From assembly GCA_963793265.1 (NCBI GenBank), contig CAWBZI010000002.1, forward strand, positions 512,001-576,000: 64,000 nt of DNA, read 5' to 3'. A program made the position numbers and the translations under genes. The notes under the pieces are model-generated. The model was not told the DNA's origin, ran no database searches, and saw only the letters and a list, made by a program, of their open reading frames with translations. The stretch is from an uncultured cyanobacterium. Its GTDB lineage: Bacteria; Cyanobacteriota; Cyanobacteriia; Phormidesmidales; Phormidesmidaceae. Positions 57,827 to 64,000 of the stretch are shown here, in pieces (position 1 is the stretch's first letter; every line of letters starts with the position of its first letter).

Positions 57827-58123
57827 AGCGCTTACCTAAAATGAACAGCGGATGAAAGAAGGCTTGCTAAAAAGCTAATTTTAGAAGTCCCCCATTATAT
57901 ATACATGTGCCATTAAGACAAGGGAGTCCAAAACCTACTGCAACAGATGTCTCTTTTATTGCAGGCTTTTCTGGGAAGCGCCTTAGCGGGGCTTAGAAGT
58001 TCCTTAAAAGGATTGTGAATAGTTTTTACGTCTAATAGCATGACCATAGAGTATTTGCTTACTCTATATTTGCCTGCGGCCATAGCAGCGTGACCCCACC
58101 CCCAACCCACACATTATTATCCT

Positions 58124-59233
58124 ATGACACAGTTGCTTTCTGGAGACATCGGCGGCACGAAAACCATACTGCGACTATCTCAGGTTGAAGATGAGGACGT
58201 TAAAAGTCAGGCTAGTCACGAAGTCAAAATAGAAACGCTGTACGAGTCTCGCTTTCCTAGCCTCGACTATCCAGAATTCGTGCCGATGGTGAAGGAGTTT
58301 CTTAAGGCGGCGGGTAGTAAGGTTGATATTGGTTTGCTTAAGTCGGCTTGTTTTGCGATCGCAGGCCCGGTCGTCCACAACACCTCACAGCTCACCAATC
58401 TCTCCTGGTTCCTACGCGGCGAGTTTTTAAGAGGCGCACTCGATATAGACTACGTTCAGCTCATCAACGACTTTGAAGCGATTGGCTACGGCGTTTTGGG
58501 TCTAAAGCCGGACGATATTTTTGAGCTACAAAAGGGCGTGCCAAATCCCAATTCTCCAATGGCCGTTTTAGGCGCAGGTACCGGCCTCGGGCAGGGTTTT
58601 TTGCTGCCCACAGGCGAGGAGTACGCGGTGTTTCCGTCCGAAGGCGGGCACGTGGACTTTGCGCCCCAGTCAGAGCTGGAGTTTCAACTGCGCAAGTATC
58701 TGATTGAAAAGCACGGCATCTCTCGAGTTTCTGAAGAGCGGGTGGTGTCGGGAATGGGGATTATTTCGATCTATCAGTTTTTGCGCGATCGCCAATACGC
58801 CAACGAAGCGCCAGATATCGGTCAGGCCATGGATATTTGGGAGCGTAGCGCCGGTAAACGTACGCAGCTACACGATCCTGCCGCCATCATCTCCAAAGCC
58901 GCCACCGAAAAAACAGATCTGCTCTCACAAAAGACCATGGAGATCTTCATTCGGGCCTACGGTTCAGAGGCCGGTAATATTTCACTGAAGTTTTTACCGC
59001 GCGGCGGGCTCTACATCGCAGGCGGTGTCACTGCCAAAAACCTTCCTCTAATCAAAGGCGGCGAGTTCATGTACGCCTTCAAAAGCAAGGGCCGGGTCAG
59101 CCATCTGCTTGACGAAGTGCCCGTTCGCGTTGTGCTCAATCAGCATGTGGGCCTCATTGGTGCCACGATTAAAGCGGCCCGTAACTATAAAGAGCGCCTA
59201 GAAGCGACAAGCCCACCTTTCGGCGCTGCATAA
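58124..59233 (+). CDS. glk: Glucokinase
   Basis: 'GDIGGT', 'INDF', 'GAGTGLG', 'SEGGH', 'GLYIAGG'. Confidence 0.93.
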   Translation: MTQLLSGDIGGTKTILRLSQVEDEDVKSQASHEVKIETLYESRFPSLDYPEFVPMVKEFLKAAGSKVDIGLLKSACFAIAGPVVHNTSQLTNLSWFLRGEFLRGALDIDYVQLINDFEAIGYGVLGLKPDDIFELQKGVPNPNSPMAVLGAGTGLGQGFLLPTGEEYAVFPSEGGHVDFAPQSELEFQLRKYLIEKHGISRVSEERVVSGMGIISIYQFLRDRQYANEAPDIGQAMDIWERSAGKRTQLHDPAAIISKAATEKTDLLSQKTMEIFIRAYGSEAGNISLKFLPRGGLYIAGGVTAKNLPLIKGGEFMYAFKSKGRVSHLLDEVPVRVVLNQHVGLIGATIKAARNYKERLEATSPPFGAA

Positions 59234-59265
59234 GGGATGATAGAAACAGCAACTTATGGCGAGAC

Positions 59266-60036
59266 ATGGCAGGACATAGTAAATGGGCCAATATCAAGCG
59301 GCAAAAGGCCCGAGTAGACTCTAAGCGCGGCAAAATATTTGCCAAGGTTTCCAGAGAGATCATCGTGGCAGCGCGGCAGGGTGGCGGTGACCCGGATGGG
59401 AATTTTCAACTGCGAACGGCGATTGAGAAGGCGAAAGCTGTGAGCTTCCCGGCAGAGAATATTGAGCGGGCGATCGCCAAAGGCAGCGGCTCTCTCTCTG
59501 GCGAAGGCGACTTCGAGTCTATCCGCTACGAAGGCTACGGCCCCGGCGGCGTCGCTGTCCTCATCGAAGCCCTTACCGACAACCGCAACCGCGCTGCCGC
59601 CGACCTCCGCACCGCTTTCAACAAAAACGGCGGTAACTTAGGCGAAACCGGCTGCGTCGGCTGGATGTTTGATCACAAAGGCGTGATTACCCTCGCAGGC
59701 GATATTGACGAAGAAGCGCTGTTTGAAGACGCGCTAGAAGCAGGGGCAGAATCGTATGAACTTGTAGACGAAATTGACGAAGATGTTCCTGGCGCAGAGG
59801 TTTTTTGTGATGTGCCCAGCCTAGAGAGCGTCAGCGATGTTCTCAAAGCCAAAAACTATGATATTCGCGAAGTTGACATGCGCTGGATTCCTTCAAACAC
59901 TATTGCAGTAGAAGACGCTGAGCTAGCGACTTCGCTGATGAAAATGATGGACGCGCTAGAAGAATCGGATGACGTGCAGTCGGTGACGGCAAACTTCGAT
60001 ATGAGTGAAGAAGTAATGGCAGAGGCGCTAGCGTAA
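59266..60036 (+). CDS. yebC: YebC/PmpR family protein
   Basis: 'MAGHSKWANIK', 'YEGYGPGG', 'TDNRNR'. Confidence 0.95.
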   Translation: MAGHSKWANIKRQKARVDSKRGKIFAKVSREIIVAARQGGGDPDGNFQLRTAIEKAKAVSFPAENIERAIAKGSGSLSGEGDFESIRYEGYGPGGVAVLIEALTDNRNRAAADLRTAFNKNGGNLGETGCVGWMFDHKGVITLAGDIDEEALFEDALEAGAESYELVDEIDEDVPGAEVFCDVPSLESVSDVLKAKNYDIREVDMRWIPSNTIAVEDAELATSLMKMMDALEESDDVQSVTANFDMSEEVMAEALA

Positions 60037-60813
60037 TCCTGCATCCTGAAGTTGTTGTTCTAACCAAGCCTGATTTTCTTCTTTAAAAGGCGGAACAGGG
60101 TCGGCTCTGTAATCGAGCTTAAGGTCGTAGCCAAAACGTTCGTAGATATCGTTTAGTAACTGCTGCAAATTCACTGTAGGCTCTGAATCTCCTGACCGCA
60201 AAGGTAGCTTAAAAGGCGTTACTTTATCCCTCACGTTAAATGCGTATAGTTCTGCCTTAGGTCTTTGGTTGCTGCGGCTCACTAAAATTCTGTAGTGGCT
60301 ACCTGGCCCCTCGCCATACATTGGCATAGGCTGGTGTGCTCTTAGTAAGTCAATTTCTACCAAATGAGTTGAGCTGCCAAGTAGCCTTTGGCGCTTCGCT
60401 TCGTAAGATTGTCGGCCTTCCCCAGCTCGCTTGTTGACAGGCGACAGTAGTTCAATGGCAGTGACCACTTCTTTCGTCGCAACTTCTCGAACTTCTAAAT
60501 AACCTTGGCGAACTGTAATCGGTATCGGCAGTGTAACGGTTATAGGCTGCGTTTCTGCTTCGGCTATAGCAACACTTGATGTCTGTCGTTCCGGTAACTG
60601 AGCAGATTTCTGTACGGCAACATCAGGAATGCCAACGAGCAATGACTGTTCGTCTACCGTCTCATACATCCGAACCTCCATAGAGACAGAATATTTGGGC
60701 CTGACCTGAGAGGTTAAAGCACCTGCTAAAGCGTTAATTAAAGATAAATGAACACCTGGCCAGATCTCTGGATGTTCTAAGTAAGGATCCATTCCAGGAA
60801 ACGGGGAAGCCAC
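60028..60813 (-). CDS. DUF4058 family protein (PD-(D/E)xK-like)
   Basis: 'SPFPGMDPYLE', 'IPDV', 'IELLSPVNK', 'HLVEIDLLR'; GTG at 60813. Confidence 0.8.
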   Translation of the reverse strand: MASPFPGMDPYLEHPEIWPGVHLSLINALAGALTSQVRPKYSVSMEVRMYETVDEQSLLVGIPDVAVQKSAQLPERQTSSVAIAEAETQPITVTLPIPITVRQGYLEVREVATKEVVTAIELLSPVNKRAGEGRQSYEAKRQRLLGSSTHLVEIDLLRAHQPMPMYGEGPGSHYRILVSRSNQRPKAELYAFNVRDKVTPFKLPLRSGDSEPTVNLQQLLNDIYERFGYDLKLDYRADPVPPFKEENQAWLEQQLQDAGLR

Positions 60814-60984
60814 AGGGTCACCTCCGACCACATCAGTAAAATATGCTGCTATCTATAACTGTAGCTCAGCGCTTAATGCGTAAACACCTTTGTCATGCAC
60901 AGGTTGATAGATCGGTATTTGCGAGTCAGAATGTAAAGGGATGTGAATTAATCCTGCATAGTCACTGTCTCAAAAGAACCTCTT

Positions 60985-62241
60985 ATGACCGCTGCTCTAT
61001 CTAGCCGCCCTCACCCGACCGCCTCGGCCCTTCTTAGAACCTACGATGTGGTGATTGTCGGTGGCGGCATTGTGGGGCTAACTTGCGCCTGCGGACTGCG
61101 AGAGTCTGGTCTGCGCGTGGCCGTTATCGAAGCACAAACGGCTGAGCAAGCTGCTGGAAGGCAAAGGGCATATGCTTTTTCGCCGGTATCAGCCCGCATT
61201 TTAGAAGGGCTGGGTCTATGGGATACGGTGGGGCCGCAACTCACTCACTTTCAGCGCGTTAAGCTCTCAGATGCTGACTACGATAAGGCCATTACGTTTA
61301 GACCAACCGATGGTAGAAGCGATGCGGTTTATTATTCGGCTGAGCATACGGTGCTGATGAGAGCGCTACAGTCGGCTATCGGTGCTGCTGAAAATATCGA
61401 CTATTGGTGCGAGAGTCAGGTGCTTAGTGCCGATATCAATCAACCTTGTAGTCGGCTAGCTGTAGAGCATTTGAGCGCAGGGCAAGTTGAGCGCTATCGC
61501 TTTGAGTGCTCGCTAATGGTGGGGGCTGATGGGGCGAGGTCTTTTGTACGCGATCGCGCCCAAATCAAAACCCTCGGCTGGAAATACTGGCAGTCCTGCA
61601 TCACCGCCGTTCTAGAGCCTGAGCACTCCCATCAAAACACCGCCTACGAAAAGTTCTGGCCCAGCGGCCCTTTTGCCATTCTGCCGCTCCCTCACAACCG
61701 CTGCCAAATCGTTTGGACGGCCCCACATGAAGAAGCCAAAGCATTATTGGGCTTACCAAAAGCACAGTTTCTATCAGAACTAAAGGCTCGCTATGGCGAT
61801 CAGATGGGCGATCTCACACTTGTGAATGAACCCATGATGTTTCCCGTGCAGCTCATGCAGAGCCGTCAGTATGTTCGTCCTGGCACTGCTTTAATTGGTG
61901 ACGCGGCACACTGCTGCCATCCTGTCGGCGGGCAGGGTCTTAATATGGGCATTCGCGATGCCACGGCCTTAGCTGAGGTGATTCAGAGAGCCGCTAGCAA
62001 AGGTGAAGATCTAGGCAGCATAAAGGTTCTAAAGAGATATGAACGCTGGCGTAGAACTGAGAACTGGTTCACACTAAGCCTCACAGACTTTTTAAATCGC
62101 TCATTTTCCAACCGCTTTTTACCCCTACTGATCGCTAGGCGCGCGGGCATTTGGGTGTTAGATAGCATCACACCCTTAAAGCGTTTGATCTTGCAATTGA
62201 TGACGGGGTTCTTTGGGAAGCTGCCAAATAAGGCAAAATAG
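60985..62241 (+). CDS. FAD-dependent hydroxylase (UbiH/COQ6 family)
   Basis: GGGIVG, GADG, 'GDAAH..HP..GQGLN.G..D'. Confidence 0.9.
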   Translation: MTAALSSRPHPTASALLRTYDVVIVGGGIVGLTCACGLRESGLRVAVIEAQTAEQAAGRQRAYAFSPVSARILEGLGLWDTVGPQLTHFQRVKLSDADYDKAITFRPTDGRSDAVYYSAEHTVLMRALQSAIGAAENIDYWCESQVLSADINQPCSRLAVEHLSAGQVERYRFECSLMVGADGARSFVRDRAQIKTLGWKYWQSCITAVLEPEHSHQNTAYEKFWPSGPFAILPLPHNRCQIVWTAPHEEAKALLGLPKAQFLSELKARYGDQMGDLTLVNEPMMFPVQLMQSRQYVRPGTALIGDAAHCCHPVGGQGLNMGIRDATALAEVIQRAASKGEDLGSIKVLKRYERWRRTENWFTLSLTDFLNRSFSNRFLPLLIARRAGIWVLDSITPLKRLILQLMTGFFGKLPNKAK

Positions 62242-62283
62242 GGGACTGTTCTTCTGTAGCATGGCTTCGACGAGTCTCCTCCT

Positions 62284-63570
62284 ATGCCAACCACCATTGC
62301 ATTTATCGCTCACGACAGCCAAAAAAACGCCCTCATCGACTTTGTAAATGAGTATTCATCGCTGCTGTCTCGCTATCACATAATCGCAACTGAAACCACC
62401 GGCAATAGCCTCAATCAGTCCACGCCATTAACCGTAGAACCTTTACTAGCGGGTGCAGCAGGGGGAGATATTCAAATTGCGGCGCGTGTCGCTGAGAACA
62501 AAATTGCTGCCGTTGTTTTTCTGGCCGACTCTCTCTACGCCCACAACGCGGCAACTGACATCAGCACCATGATGCGGATGTGTCAGCTACACGATGTTCC
62601 ATTTGCGACTAATATTTCCACGGCTCGCGCTGTGTTTTTGGCCCTCGCCAAAAGTCGCATTGCTCACCTTATTTTTAATCCCATCTCCGGCCAGGGCGAT
62701 CCCAATCAAGATCTCAAGCTCATTCGTAAGATATTAGAGCCGCAAATTCAGGTCAATGTGATTTTGACCGAGCCAGATGTGAGTCCTGGGCAGCAGGCAA
62801 GAGAGGCGATCACAGCCGGTGCAGATTTAGTCATTGCCTCTGGTGGCGACGGTACCGTTTCAGCCGTGGCCGAAGCCGTCATGCGAACCGATATTCCCTT
62901 AGGTGTCATCCCACGCGGCACCGCCAACGCCTTCTCAGTCGCCCTTGGCATTCCAACTGGCCTACCCGACGCCTGCGAAAATATTCTGGCAGGCACAACT
63001 CGCCAAATTGATGTAGCCACCTGCAACGGTGCGCCCATGGTGCTTTTAGCAGGCATTGGCTTTGAAGCTGAAACCGTAGAACGGGCCAACCGAGAAATGA
63101 AAAATCGCTTTGGCGTTCTGGCCTATATCGTGGCTGGAATGCAGCAGCTAGCCGACCAAGAGCCCTTTGAAGCTGAGCTGGAAATTAACGGCCAAACCAA
63201 CAAATTCGACTGTAGCGCGATTACAGTGGCCAACGTCGCACCGCCCACGTCTGTAATGGCTCAAGGCTTTGGTGAGGTGATTAGTGACGATGGTCTGCTT
63301 GATGTCACTATTGGCCTATCGCCCACAGAAGCTCAGGGTATTGCCGCTAGGCTTCAGGGGGTTGGTGCGATCGCTGAACTTTTCACCGCCGCCCTTGTCA
63401 AGCGCCCCGCCCAAAACGACGACATCCTCAGCCTGCGAGTCTCCACCATAAAAGTTGCCACCATCCCGCCCCAGAAAGTTGTTGTAGATGGCGAAATCAT
63501 CGGCACAACCCCCGTAGAGTTTGAGTGCATCCCAAACGGCCTAACAATTTTAGCGCCGCTTAGCCTGTAA
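62284..63570 (+). CDS. Methylglyoxal synthase-like domain fused to YegS/DAGK-type lipid kinase
   Basis: 'IAHD..K', 'GGD.QI', 'P.ATN', then 'NPISG', 'GGDGT', 'GTANAF', 'DGE'. Confidence 0.88.
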   Translation: MPTTIAFIAHDSQKNALIDFVNEYSSLLSRYHIIATETTGNSLNQSTPLTVEPLLAGAAGGDIQIAARVAENKIAAVVFLADSLYAHNAATDISTMMRMCQLHDVPFATNISTARAVFLALAKSRIAHLIFNPISGQGDPNQDLKLIRKILEPQIQVNVILTEPDVSPGQQAREAITAGADLVIASGGDGTVSAVAEAVMRTDIPLGVIPRGTANAFSVALGIPTGLPDACENILAGTTRQIDVATCNGAPMVLLAGIGFEAETVERANREMKNRFGVLAYIVAGMQQLADQEPFEAELEINGQTNKFDCSAITVANVAPPTSVMAQGFGEVISDDGLLDVTIGLSPTEAQGIAARLQGVGAIAELFTAALVKRPAQNDDILSLRVSTIKVATIPPQKVVVDGEIIGTTPVEFECIPNGLTILAPLSL

Positions 63571-63658
63571 GCAGTGAGATTTAACACGTCTTGCCTCAGA
63601 GCCCCAACGTGGGGACGGGGGCAATGCGGGAACCTTCGTCTATCTTCAGTTTACTTAT

Positions 63659-63919
63659 CTACAGATAATTCTTCTGATTACTAGACTTAAACCGCCCCAC
63701 CTCAAAATCTCTCAGCTTTGCGTGCTTAGTCTTACGCGAAGTCACCCGCTTGCGCCACATCTTAAAGCTAGAGCGCTTCATATACTTGCGCATCACCGCA
63801 ATCACATCTTTTTCTTTAAGACCGAACTGCTTTTCAATCACCTCAAAAGTTGTTCTATCTTCCCAAGCCATTTCAATCACACGATCAATCGTGGCAGCAT
63901 CTAGCTCATCAGGCTTCAT
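63659..63919 (-). CDS. TIGR03643/DUF2805 family protein
   Basis: 'DRVIEMAWEDRT.FE.I..QFGL', 'SSFKMWRKRV..RKTKH'. Confidence 0.8.
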   Translation of the reverse strand: MKPDELDAATIDRVIEMAWEDRTTFEVIEKQFGLKEKDVIAVMRKYMKRSSFKMWRKRVTSRKTKHAKLRDFEVGRFKSSNQKNYL

Positions 63920-64000
63920 ATTCTTTCCATTCGTAGTGATATAAATCTAATCATCTCGGATTTGCTGCCAAACAATCATCGCTCTTTAGTCGGATAGCCC

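Noticed and set aside
63590..63624. GC-rich imperfect hairpin between convergent genes
   Set aside because: Probably a terminator or degenerate repeat; single copy in this window and no U-tract
1..64000. Very frequent GCGATCGC octamer
   Set aside because: This is the well-known cyanobacterial HIP1; useful for taxonomy but not novel

Overview
This 64-kb window is cyanobacterial chromosome: the HIP1 octamer GCGATCGC is everywhere and GC is roughly 50% by eye. The fraCDE septal-junction operon points to a filamentous or filament-derived lineage. The window is gene-dense and mostly core or metabolic (cobO, desA, phosphoketolase-like, holB-tmk, pgsA, sbcC, rpmF, thiL-PPIase-efp-accB, trpB, glk, yebC). 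Accessory genes include a vanadium haloperoxidase, a second IF-3 with an ATC start, a Mn/Zn ABC importer, Mn catalase, a PEP-CTERM protein and FTR1. I saw no rRNA, tRNA, CRISPR array or transposase. The most notable structures are: (1) a four-layer nested repeat at 30.5-30.8 kb (REP doublet > 239-bp MITE with 18-bp TIRs and 8-bp TSD > second palindromic repeat family > ~42-bp insert); (2) two tandem PIG-V-like GT-C glycosyltransferases directly upstream of fraCDE; (3) an uncharacterised protein with coiled-coil, Lys/Ala-linker and putative DNA-binding parts behind a perfect 11-1-11 palindrome, a candidate nucleoid protein; (4) a MASE1-GGDEF/EAL gene apparently split by a 19-nt insertion; (5) a modA-modBC locus with an internal deletion whose junction lies at a near-HIP1 site; (6) two small unannotated gene remnants (LuxR HTH, clan-AA protease tail). 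All family assignments come from motif recognition by eye; no searches were run.
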